Source: an uncultured delta proteobacterium (GTDB taxonomy: Bacteria > Myxococcota_A > Polyangia > Fen-1088). From it: a stretch of DNA of 64,000 bases. Under the pieces are notes generated by a model. It was not told the origin of the DNA. It was given only the letters and a program-made list of their open reading frames with translations, and ran no database searches. This document shows, piece by piece, positions 1 through 10,600 of the stretch (positions within the stretch are counted from its first letter, which is position 1; every line of letters begins with the position of its first letter). The translations under genes and the position numbers were made by a program. The stretch lies in NCBI GenBank assembly GCA_963755125.1, contig CAVWIP010000010.1, forward strand, positions 288,001 through 352,000, written 5' to 3'.

Positions 1-2
1 CG

Positions 3-578
3 GCCGGCGAGGTCGAGGAAGGCAGCCAGGCAGCGTGGCTCGAGGATATCCTCGAGGCTCACCAGGAGTTGCTGGCGTCGAGCGGCGCTTCGCGCGTGAT
101 TTGGGTGGGGTTGCGCTACGGCGCCACGCTGGCGGTGCTGGCCAGCCAGTCCCTGCCTCGCGCACTCGCGAGCCTGATTCTCTGGGATCCGGTCGTGGAT
201 GGGACGGCCTACCTGCAAGAACTCGCGCAAGCGCACGCCACCTTCATGCAGCAAGAGCTGCGCGGCTGGCGGCCTTCGCCAGCGGAAGACTGTCAAGCAC
301 TGGGCTTTCCGCTCGGCCCCGACCTGAAGCGCGCGATCGCGGCCATCGATCTCGCCGCGCTCTGCCCGCCCAAGGCGCGCCAGGTGACCGTGCTGAGCAC
401 CAGCCAGAAAGCCGGCCTCGATCGCTTCCGCCAGGCGGTGACTGGCTGGAGTGGTGCCGCACGCTGGATGGAGATGATCAGCAACTCGCCCTGGAACTCG
501 GACGAGGCCATGAATACCTTGCTGGTGCCCATGGACGTGCTCGACGCCATGATCGCGCGAATCCAGGAGATCCGATGA
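3..578 (+). CDS. alpha/beta-hydrolase-fold protein, 5'-truncated by window edge; resembles EPS/exosortase-associated hydrolase 2 type
   Basis: Frame is open from base 3 (AGEVEEGSQAAWLEDI...). Elbow VGLRYGATLA has Arg at the nucleophile position, followed by LILWDPVVDG. Stop overlaps the next ATG (ATGA 575-578). Confidence 0.75.
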   Translation, partial: AGEVEEGSQAAWLEDILEAHQELLASSGASRVIWVGLRYGATLAVLASQSLPRALASLILWDPVVDGTAYLQELAQAHATFMQQELRGWRPSPAEDCQALGFPLGPDLKRAIAAIDLAALCPPKARQVTVLSTSQKAGLDRFRQAVTGWSGAARWMEMISNSPWNSDEAMNTLLVPMDVLDAMIARIQEIR

Positions 579-1468
579 AGGAGCGAATCGCGCAGTTTGG
601 GCCAGGACAGACCCTGATGGGGATCGAGACGCCCGGTGCGCCGAACCAGAGCCATCCGGCTCGACCGACGTGGGTCTTTCCCAACGCCGGCGTCGTCCAT
701 CGGGCGGGACCGCACCGCTTGACCGTGAAGCTGGCCCGTCGGGTTGCCCTGGCCGGCTTCCCGGCGCTGCGCTTCGACCTTTCGGGTTTGGGGGACAGCC
801 GTGCGCGGAGTGCGACGACATTCGAGCAGGCGGCGGTCCAAGACATTCGCGACGCCATGGATCATCTGGAGCAGACGACCAAGGCAAGCCGGTTCGTGCT
901 GTGCGGGCTGTGCTCGGGCGCCGACAACAGCGTCCGGGCCGCGCTGGCTGACCCGCGTATCGCGGCCATTGCCTTGCTCGACCCCTATGCCTATCGCACC
1001 ATCGGCTTCCACCTGCGCCGGCTCGTGCGACGGGCGAGTAGCCCGGCGTCGTGGCAGACCCTGGCCGCCCGGATGGGAGGCGTGCTGCGGCGACAGCCAC
1101 GGCCTGCCCTTGCCAGCGATGCCGAGTCCGATGGCGCCCCGCCGCGGCCCATGTACGGTCGCCCTTTCCCCGAGCGAAGCGCCTTCGCGGCCGACTTGCG
1201 ACGCATCGTCGATCGCGGGACCCACATCTTCATCGTCTACTCGGGCGGCATGGACGAACTTTACAATCACGCGGGACAGTTCAAGGCCGCTTTTCGACGT
1301 TATCGTCTCGGCGAACGAATTCGGACGGAATTCCTGCCCGCCTGCAACCACACATATACGGAAATAGCACAGCAGCGTCGACTGGGTGATTTGCTGGTCG
1401 CCTGGGCCGAGGGGCTGTTCCCCGCCGCTTCCGCGAACCCGCGGCGTCAGGTCGGGCCGGTGGGTTGA
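575..1468 (+). CDS. alpha/beta-hydrolase-fold protein with Cys nucleophile elbow (EPS-associated hydrolase 1 type; putative transacylase/thioesterase)
   Basis: ATG at 575 with GGAG upstream. Motifs NAGVVHRAGPHR, LRFDLSGLGDS, GLCSGA and a C-terminal NHTY His. Confidence 0.8.
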   Translation: MKERIAQFGPGQTLMGIETPGAPNQSHPARPTWVFPNAGVVHRAGPHRLTVKLARRVALAGFPALRFDLSGLGDSRARSATTFEQAAVQDIRDAMDHLEQTTKASRFVLCGLCSGADNSVRAALADPRIAAIALLDPYAYRTIGFHLRRLVRRASSPASWQTLAARMGGVLRRQPRPALASDAESDGAPPRPMYGRPFPERSAFAADLRRIVDRGTHIFIVYSGGMDELYNHAGQFKAAFRRYRLGERIRTEFLPACNHTYTEIAQQRRLGDLLVAWAEGLFPAASANPRRQVGPVG

Positions 1469-4400
1469 GCCGCTGGCCCGCAGTGGGCCGCGAGCTGTTC
1501 CAGCGTCTCGAAGACCACCGATCGCAAGCTCAGACGATGGCCGGTGCGCTTACACAACTGCGCCACCATCTGTGCCGATAACAGCGAGTGGCCTCCCAGG
1601 GCGAAGAAGTTGTCACGCACGGAAACCCTCTCGACCTTGAGCATCTCGCGCCACAGAGCCGCGATCGCTCGCTCCACCTCGGTACGCGGCTCGACGTGTT
1701 CCTCGCCGGCCAATGCCTCCTGGGCGAAGGGAGGTGGAAGCGTACGGCGGTCGACCTTGCCATTCGCGGTCAAGGGCAGGGTTTCCAGCTCCACGAAGAT
1801 ATGGGGCAACATGTAGTCTGGCAGCTTGCTGGCCAGGCGCCGCCGCATCTCGCTTCCGGTTCGGGTTTGCCTCGGCTGGTAGACGACATAGGCAACGATG
1901 CGCGTGTCGCCGAGCGCATCGGTATGAACCGTGACCGCCGCCTTGCGCACGCTGGCATCGTCCATCAGCACCGCTTCGATCTCGCCTAGTTCAATGCGAA
2001 AGCCGCGCACCTTGACCTGGAAGTCGGTCCGGCCCAAGCACTCGAGCAGTCCGTCCGCCCGCCAGCGGCCGAGGTCGCCGGTCCGGTACATCCGTGCCCC
2101 TGGGGTCGAACTGAACGGATCGGCGATGAATCGTTCGCTGGTGAGCTCGGGACGATTCAAGTAGCCGAGAGCCACGCCATCACCGCCGATGTAGATTTCT
2201 CCCGGTACTCCTATTGGGCAGAGCTGATGCTGGGAATCGAGGATCCAGATCGAAGTGTTGGCGATGGGGCGCCCGATGGAGATGCCTTGGCGTGGCTGGG
2301 CGACGCGCCAACAGGTGGACCACACCGTGGTCTCGGTGGGTCCGTACATGTTCCACAACTCGCCCACCCGCGTGAGCAGCGACTCGGCCAGGTCCAGCGA
2401 CAGCGCTTCCCCGCCACACAGCGCCTTGAACCCCCGACGGCCCTGCCACCCACTCTCGATCAGCAAACGCCAGGTGGCTGGAGTGGCCTGCATCACCGTG
2501 ACCTGGCCCATCTCCAGCAGTTGCTGCAGAGCCATGCCGTCGAGTGCGTCGTCGTGACTGGCCAGCACCACCTGGGCCCCCACGCTCAACGGCAGCATCA
2601 GCTCGAGCAGGGCGATGTCGAAGGAAAGCGTGGTCACGGCCAGCAACCGGTCGTCAGGGCCCAGCCCCGGCTCGCGCTGCATGCTGGTCAGAAAGTTGAC
2701 CGCCGCGCGGTGAGAAACCCGAACACCCTTGGGCCTGCCGGTGGACCCCGATGTGTACAGCACGTACGCCACGTCCTCGGCGCGAGCCGCTTGCTGGTCG
2801 CTGGCCAGCGGGCTGTCCCGGTCGGGTTCGTCAGCAGCCGTGTCGAGCGCAAGCGTCCGCTCTGCCGCGCAGCCATGGCACACAGCCAACTCCGACTCGG
2901 AGACGACCAAAGCCAGCCCAGAATCTTCAATCATGAATGCCAGGCGGTCGGCAGGAAAAGCTGGATCGAGCGGGATGTAGCCTGCGCCCGCCTTGAGCAC
3001 AGCCAGCAGCGCGGCCACCATGTCGACCGAACGCTCCAGACACAGCCCCACCAGCATCCCGCGACCGACTCCGCGGCGGCGGAGCGCGTGGGCCAGCCGA
3101 TTGGCGCGGGCTTCGAGCTCCGCGAAGCTGACCTGTTGCTCCCCCAAGCGGATCGCGATCCGTTGCGGAGTCCGCTCCGCTTGGCTGGCGAACAGCTCAT
3201 GCACGGTGAGGTGAGCGGGGTAGTCGCGCTCCGTGCGATTGAATCCCTTGCTCGCGAGGCTGATCTCATCGCCAGGCAACAGCGCCAGTTTGTCCACCGC
3301 GGTTGCAGGCGCGCTGCAGCCGTCTCGCAGCACGCACTCGATCTCGCGCAATCGCCAGTCGAGCCAGGCCTGCGTGTAAAGATCGGAGTTGGCGTGGGCC
3401 AGAAGTTGCAGCCCCTCGCGCGATTCGATCGCGTTGAGGTCGAACTCGAACGTCTCGAAGCAGCGCGGGTTTAAGTGGTACTCCACCGAACAACCGGCGA
3501 AGACCAGCTTGCCGGGAGCGTATCGCTGGGCGTGAGTGAAAGTCGCGGCGATGAGTGGCACGCGGGACGGATCGTGCGGCACAGCGAGATGGGCGACGAT
3601 TTCGCCGAAGCTGACCGATGCGTTCTCGCGCGCGTCCAGGACTGCGGTGTGGATCGCGCGGCACAGATCCAGAAACGACAGACCCGGCTCGACGCGAGAG
3701 CGGACAGGCACCAGGTTTACCAGGTGTCCGACACAATCCTCCATCCCGACCTCCGGGTGCCCCGCCACGGGAATGCCGATGACCAGATCGTTCTGCCCCG
3801 AGATGCGGTGAAACAGGGCTGCGAAGGCCGACAGCAAGACCGAGAAGAAGCTCAGACCCTGCGCGCGAGAAAACTCCTTCACCCTGGCGAGAAGATCTGA
3901 CGGAAGGGCGTGCAACGAGTGCCGCGCGTCGTATGAGCGAAAGACAGGGCGATGGCCGTCATGGGGCAGGGCCAGAGGGGACGGCAGCACCTCGAAGGCC
4001 TTGCGCCAGAAGGCCCGGCTGGAGTCGATGCGGGCAGCATACTCCGGACTCTGGCAGTGTCTCACGTAGTCGGAGAAGCCGTGGCGCGGTGGCGTGGGAA
4101 GGGGAGCGCCGCCGACGAAGGCCGAGTAGAGTCGCCCGAGGTCAGCCAGCAACACATCCAGGGACCATCCGTCGCACACGGCATGGTTGGCGCTGAGCAT
4201 GACCACACGCTCCTGCGCGTCGAGCCGGACGATGGCTGCGCGAAAAAGCGGGCCACGGTGAAGGTCATAGGGCGTCGCCGCGTCCTCAACCTGGAGCCGC
4301 GCCAGCGAGGCAGCTCGTTCGCCGAGCGGCAGGCTGGAAAGATCGTGCCGGGCGATGGGGACCGTCATCGCAGGCTCGATGATGAAGCGCTCTCCGTCCT

Positions 4401-4665
4401 CGGAAAAGTGGCCGCGCAAGGCTTCGTGGCAGTCGGCGAGTGCCTGCAGTCCATCGAGCAGGGCATGGTCATCAACCGGACCGGTCAGGTGAATCGAGAA
4501 CGACTCGTGGTAGGCGCACACGGCTTCCGCGCCAGCCTGTGCCGACAGCCACATCTCACGCTGGGCAAAGGTGGATGCGACCTCGACGGTCGGCGCGGTG
4601 GAAAAGGGATCGTAGTCGACCCCGGAGCCCGGGCCGGAGTTCTGCACATTCTCCCCATCAGTCAT
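1447..4665 (-). CDS. NRPS module C-A-T, no thioesterase; A domain glycine-type
   Basis: C motif NHAVCDG; A motifs YTSGSTGRPKG, SFDI, NMYGPTETT, YRTGDL, QVKVRGFRIELGEIE, NGKVDR; T motif FFALGGHSL. Confidence 0.93.
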   Translation of the reverse strand: MTDGENVQNSGPGSGVDYDPFSTAPTVEVASTFAQREMWLSAQAGAEAVCAYHESFSIHLTGPVDDHALLDGLQALADCHEALRGHFSEDGERFIIEPAMTVPIARHDLSSLPLGERAASLARLQVEDAATPYDLHRGPLFRAAIVRLDAQERVVMLSANHAVCDGWSLDVLLADLGRLYSAFVGGAPLPTPPRHGFSDYVRHCQSPEYAARIDSSRAFWRKAFEVLPSPLALPHDGHRPVFRSYDARHSLHALPSDLLARVKEFSRAQGLSFFSVLLSAFAALFHRISGQNDLVIGIPVAGHPEVGMEDCVGHLVNLVPVRSRVEPGLSFLDLCRAIHTAVLDARENASVSFGEIVAHLAVPHDPSRVPLIAATFTHAQRYAPGKLVFAGCSVEYHLNPRCFETFEFDLNAIESREGLQLLAHANSDLYTQAWLDWRLREIECVLRDGCSAPATAVDKLALLPGDEISLASKGFNRTERDYPAHLTVHELFASQAERTPQRIAIRLGEQQVSFAELEARANRLAHALRRRGVGRGMLVGLCLERSVDMVAALLAVLKAGAGYIPLDPAFPADRLAFMIEDSGLALVVSESELAVCHGCAAERTLALDTAADEPDRDSPLASDQQAARAEDVAYVLYTSGSTGRPKGVRVSHRAAVNFLTSMQREPGLGPDDRLLAVTTLSFDIALLELMLPLSVGAQVVLASHDDALDGMALQQLLEMGQVTVMQATPATWRLLIESGWQGRRGFKALCGGEALSLDLAESLLTRVGELWNMYGPTETTVWSTCWRVAQPRQGISIGRPIANTSIWILDSQHQLCPIGVPGEIYIGGDGVALGYLNRPELTSERFIADPFSSTPGARMYRTGDLGRWRADGLLECLGRTDFQVKVRGFRIELGEIEAVLMDDASVRKAAVTVHTDALGDTRIVAYVVYQPRQTRTGSEMRRRLASKLPDYMLPHIFVELETLPLTANGKVDRRTLPPPFAQEALAGEEHVEPRTEVERAIAALWREMLKVERVSVRDNFFALGGHSLLSAQMVAQLCKRTGHRLSLRSVVFETLEQLAAHCGPAAQPTGPT

Positions 4666-7600
4666 GGTTCTCTACCTTGAGGTACTTGCCTGGACGGTTT
4701 GGATCGGGCGCGAACCACGCGGGCCGGCCGTGCTCGTCATGGCCCAGCCGCGCGCCCGGCACGCGACCCTTGCTGGGTGCTGGTGCTGCCGAAGTGTCGC
4801 CCGCCTGCGGGACTCGTGCAGGCGCGCTGGCGGACGCTGGCGCTGCGCCGGCCGCAGACACAGGGCGAGTCGTGCGCGAGTCGACAGCGGGAGCACCGGG
4901 AGCCGCCGCACGCGCAGCGCGAATGGCATCGGCCAGCAGCTTTGGGGTCGAGTAGCGTTCGCTGAGCTGGCGGAAGGTCACGGCAAAATCGAGCCGCACG
5001 CGCACCATGCGGGCGAGCTGCGTGACTAGCAGCGAGTCGAGCCCCAGCGCAATGAACTGCGCTTCCTCGTCGAACGACTCAATCTTGGCACCCAGTGCTT
5101 CCTCCAGCAGAGCCACCAGCGCTGTCATCACCTCGTCACGCTTGCCCATCTCCTGCTCGCCGTTGCTCGCGGGCCCCGGAGCGGCCGGCGCTACCGGCTG
5201 AGATCTGGATGCCGCTTCCAACCCGAACCGGGCGGTGTTGCCGGGCTCGATCCAGTAGCGCTTGCGCTGGAAGGGATAGCCCGGCAGCGCCACGCGCCGA
5301 CGCTGCTCATGATCGTGAAAAGCGCGCCAGTCGACCGTGCACCCGTTGAGCCAGAGCGCTCCCAGACCGAGGAGTACGCTGGTATATTCGTCGTCGGGTT
5401 CGGCACTATCGGGCATGCAGGAAATCACGCGGCTCGGGTTGGCCGGGCGGTGCTGGTGAGCGAGCGCCACGCACGTGCGGCGCGGGCCACATTCCACCAT
5501 GACCTGCTGGCTGTCTTGTAGCAGCACCTGCACAGCCTTCGAGAACTGCACCGGTGAGCGCAGGTGTCCCGCCCAGTACGAAGGGTCCGTCACCTGGGAA
5601 GGCGCGATCCAGTCGCCGGTCACGGTGGACACGAAAGGAATGCGCGGGGCCGACAGACGCACGCTCTCGACGGTTCGCAGAAATGGTTCGACCACCGGAT
5701 CCATCATCGACGAGTGAAAGGCGTGCGAGGTGTGCAGCATCCGGCACATGGCACCGTCGGCCGAGAGCTGGTCGCTCAGCCTGTGCAGGGTTTCGCTTGG
5801 GCCCGCCACGACGCAAAGCTGTGGTCCGTTCACCGCCGCAAGATCGGCGCCTGGGGGCAAGCGCCCTGCAAGCTTCTCCACGGGTAGCCGCACCGAGAGC
5901 ATCGAGCCCGCGGGCAGGCCCTGCATGAGCCGGCCACGGGTGGCCACCAGTCGCAAGGCCTCGTCCAGCTCCATCACGCCGGAAAGCGTCGCGGCGACGA
6001 ACTCGCCGATGCTGTGACCGATGAAGGCCGAGGGTTCGATGCCCCAGTGCATGAGCAGCGAGGCCAGCGCATAGGAGACGGTGAAGATCGCCGGTTGCGT
6101 GTAGAAGGTGTTGTTGAGCGACTGGGTGGCTGTCTCTGCGTCGGCGGGATCGGGGAACAGGAACGCGCGCAGATCGCAGCCGAGATGGGGCGCAAGCGCC
6201 TTCGCACAACGGTCCACCATTTCGCGGAACGGCTCCTCACCCTGGTACAACCGCAGCCCCATGTTGATGTACTGCGAACCCTGTCCGGGGAACATGAAGG
6301 CTACCGGTGGGCTGTCCGACTCCGATTTCAGCAATAGCGAGAGCGGACTCGATGCCTGGCTCAGGACGTCTTGTGCATCGTGTGCCGTGCGCACCACCGC
6401 GCAGCGACGGTACTCGAAGCGCTTGCGTCCCACCTGGGTCGTGAAGGCCGCGTCGGCCAGCTCCTCCTGACTCGCTCCCTGCAGCGCCACCGACAGCCGT
6501 TGCGCCGCTTGGTCGAGGGCCTGCGGGCTGCGCGCCGAGAGCAGAACCAGTTGCGCCGGCCGCGCCGGAGACGATGATGGCTCGCTTGCCGGCGCCTCTT
6601 GCAACACGACGTGGGCGTTGGTCCCGCAGAATCCGAAGCTGCTCACGCTCGCGCGACGGGGGATGCCTCGCGGCTCCCAGTCGATGAGCCTGGTGTTGAC
6701 GAAAAATGGGCTCGTGGCGAAATCGATGCGCGGATTGGGTGTGGTGAAGTGCAGGGTTGGCGGAATCTTGCGATGGCGGAGCGCCAGCACGACCTTGAGA
6801 ACGCCCGCGATGCCCGCCGCCGTGGTGGCATGGCCGAAATTGCCCTTGATCGAGCCGAGCGCGCAGTAGTTCCTTCGCTGCGTAAAGGTGCGGAACACGC
6901 GGGTCAGTGACTCGACCTCGATGGGATCGCCGATGGGCGTTGCCGTGCCGTGCGCCTCGACGTAAGTGATGGTGTCGGGATTGACGTCGCCCAAAGCCAG
7001 CGCCGATGCGATCACGCGTGCCTGCCCCTCCACCGAAGGCGCCAGGTAGCTGACCTTGCGTCCCCCGTCGTGGTTGACCGCTGCGCCCTTGATGATCGCG
7101 TGAATGGTGTCGCGGTCGCGGAGCGCATCGTCGAGCCGCTTGAGTACGATGGCTCCCGCTCCTTCGCCGAACATGGTGCCGGTGGCCGCGGCGTCGAAAG
7201 GCCGGCAGTGGCCGTCGATGCTGAACACGCCGCCTTCCTCGTAGCGCTGGCCGCTCTTCTGCGGGGTACGGATGTCCACTCCGCCCGCCAGGGCCACGTC
7301 CACCTGATGAGACACCAGCGCCTGGTACGCGTTCTCCACCACCACCAGGGTGGTCGAGCAGGCCGTGTGCACGCTCAGGCTGGGACCGGTCAGGTTCAGC
7401 TTGTGCGACACGCGCGGAGCGATGTGATCCTTTTCATTGGCGATCTCCGCGGTGATCTCGCCCATCACCGCCAGCTTGTCGGGTCGGGTGAGCACGTTGT
7501 AGTGGTAGTAGAAATTGTTGCCCATGCCGGCCCACACGCCCACTGGGCCGTCGATGTTCTCCCCCACGTGTCCGGCGTTCTCGAACGCCTCCCAGGCGAC

Positions 7601-10600
7601 TTCCATGAAGACGCGCAACTGGGGGTCCATGAGCTCGGCCTCATTCGGGTTGATGCCGAAGAAAGCCGCGTCGAACAGGTCCACGTCTTCCAGCACGCCG
7701 CGGGCGGGAATGTAGTTCGCATCGTTGCGATCGTGCGCCGGGACCAGAGGATCGAGTTCGTCGCGGCGAAAGAAGGTGACTGTCTCGCGCCCCTCGCACA
7801 GATTCTCCCAGAGCTGCTCCAGGCTCCGCGCGCCGGGGAAGCGGCCGGCCGCTCCCACGATGGCCACGTCGAACGCGGTCTGAGATGCTGCTGCCCGCCG
7901 CCGGGTCTGGGCGCGCTGGTACGCCTCGCGCACACATTTGCAATCGGCTTGACTTCCCCTGAGAAACTGGGCGAGCGCCGCGATGGTGGGATGTTCGAAG
8001 ATCCTGAGCACCGGAAGCTCCACTCCCAAGCGCTGTGTGATCTGCTGCGCCACCGAAAAAGCAGCCAGCGACGTCCCCCCGAGCTCGAAGAAGTTGTCGT
8101 TGACGCTCGCCGTGTTGGTGGACAAGACGCTGCACCAGATGTCCAGAAGAGCACGCTCGACGTCGCTACGAGGCAATGCTGGAGTTGCCCGCGCGGCGGC
8201 GGCCGGACGCTCGCCGTCGGGCGCCGGGAGCGTCTTGCGGTCCACCTTGCCGTTGGGAGTGAGGGGAAGCGCGTCGAGCCGGGCGAAGCGCGAGGGAATC
8301 ATGTACGCGGGCAGGGCGGCGCCGCAGTGCTGGCGCAGTTCGGCCACGCTCGGTTCCGGCGCGGCGGGTTTGAGCACGTAGTAGGCAACCAACTCCGGGT
8401 TCTCGGGGTCATCGCGGCGAACGATGCACACCACCTGTTCAATGCCGGCAAAGCTGGACAAGCGCGTCTCGATCTCGCCCAGCTCGATGCGGAAGCCGCG
8501 AAGCTTCACCTGGGAATCGCTGCGACCGACGATGGTGAGCAGCCCCTGGTGGTCGAAGCGGGCCCGATCGCCCGTGTCGTACATGCGTCCCTCCGCCCTG
8601 AACGGGTCAGCCAGGAAACGCTTGCTGGTCATCTGTTCATCGTGCAAGTACCCGAGCGCGACCCCGGCGCCCCCGATGAAGAGCTGTCCCTCCACCCCGG
8701 CGGGCACCGGACGTCGGTGGTCATCGAGAACGTACACATAGGTGTTGTGAATGGGGGTGCCCACGGAGATCGCTGCGTGCGGATCGTCGATGCGATGGCA
8801 CGTCGACCACACCGTGGTCTCGGTCGGACCGTACATGTTCCACAAGGCGCGCACGCGCGGCGCCAGCGCCTGTGCAAGTGCGGGCGCCAGGGCTTCCCCG
8901 CCGCACAGAGCAGTCAGTGCCTTGTCCCCCGACCAGCCGGAAGCGCAGAGCATCTGCCAGGTGATGGGCGTGGCCTGCAGCAGGGTGATCGGATGCGCCT
9001 GCAGCAGTGCCGCCAACAGCCGTGGATCGCGAGCTTCCTCTTCCGTGGCAATCACCACCGTGGCCCCGGCGCACAGGGGCGCCAAAAGTTCCAGCACGGC
9101 GATGTCGAAGGACAGGGTGGTGACCGAGCACAGGGTGTCGTCGTGGCGAATGCCAGGCCGCCGCAGCATGCTCAAGAGAAAGTTGGCCACCGCGCCCCGA
9201 GAAACCGCCACCCCCTTCGGCCTCCCGGTGGAGCCCGATGTGTAGATGACATACGCCTTCGCCGCGACCGGCGGGCGGGCGGGCTCTGGTGCGCGACCGG
9301 CCGGCTGGCAACCGTCGTCAAGCTCGATGAAGCGGACGTCTTGACAGTCGCACAGCGGACGCAATGCCTTGCTGGTGATCACATGCGCCAGGCGGGAGTG
9401 CTCGACCATGTAGCTCAGCCGCTCGCGTGGGAAGGCGGGATCCAGCGGCACGTAGGCATTGCCACAGCGAAGCACCGCCAACATCGCGGCGACCATGTCG
9501 GACGAGCGAGGAAGGCAGATGCCCACCAGATCCTGCTCGGCGACTCCAGCCTCGGACAGACGGGCGGCGACCGACTCGACGGCACGCAAGAGATCGGCGT
9601 AGCTCAGCGACCTCCCGTTGCACACCAGAGCGTTCTGGTGGTTGGCCGGGTTGCAATGGCGTGTCGCTATCGAATAGAGGTCCTGATTCAGGAATGAGGG
9701 CTCGTCGGTGCGGTTGACGTCGATCACCAGCGCTGCCCGTTCCCGTTCGGCGAGCACAGGGAGGCTGGATAGATCGCGCTGCGGCTCGCGCAAGGCAGCC
9801 GTGAGGAACGCTGAAATGGATCGGCCCAGCGAGGCGGCCATCTCGTCGTGGATGATCTCGGTCGCGTAGGCCAGTCGCAGGGTGTCGGGCGCGAACTGCA
9901 GGAACAGGTCGACGTGTTGCGGGGGTACCGGAACCGCGCGGGAACGACAATCGCACCCGTCGAACTGCAAGAGCAAATGCCGATCTTCGACGCATGCGAT
10001 CTGGAAAAGGGGATTGGCCGATGGATCGGTTCGGGCCGCGCACTGCTTGACCACCGCATGGAAGGGAATTGCGGCGAAGGGCCGCGCGGCCGAGTAACTG
10101 GCGGCAAAGCTGGACGCCAGCGCCGCGAAAGTGGGGGCAGCGGCGGCGAACCCCAGCGGCAGCATCGCGGTGTGGCTTCCCAAAAGCACCTGCTCGGAGT
10201 GAGCCGGACGCAAACAAAAAGGCATTCCGATGGCGAGTTTTTGCTGTCCGCAATACTGGGCAAGGACGTAGGCCGCGGCGGTGGACTGCAGGGTGAAGGG
10301 GTCCAGGCCCCACGGCCGCCCCACCTCGGAAAGCAGACGCGTCGTCGCATGTTCGAACGCGATTTCGACAGACGCGGCGTCGACCGACAGGATCCTTGGC
10401 CGGGTCGTCTTCAGCGGAAATCCGTGAAGCGCCGGCACGTCGGCCAGCCCCGCGGCGAGATGGCGCGCACCCTCGACCACGAGATCTTCATATGCGTCGC
10501 CGCTGTACAAGGGTGCTGCGTCGATGGCGCTGGCACGCGAAGGCCCCGAGTCTGCAGGGTCGGCATGGTAGAGCTGCGAAACTTCCGCTGCAAAGAGATC

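Noticed and set aside
35..574. N-terminal 180 aa of ORF 35..1468
   Set aside because: It overlaps the real upstream hydrolase in another frame; the true start is ATG 575 with an RBS.
6950..9697. 915-aa plus-strand ORF
   Set aside because: Antisense shadow of the NRPS-PKS, expected from high GC3; no motifs.
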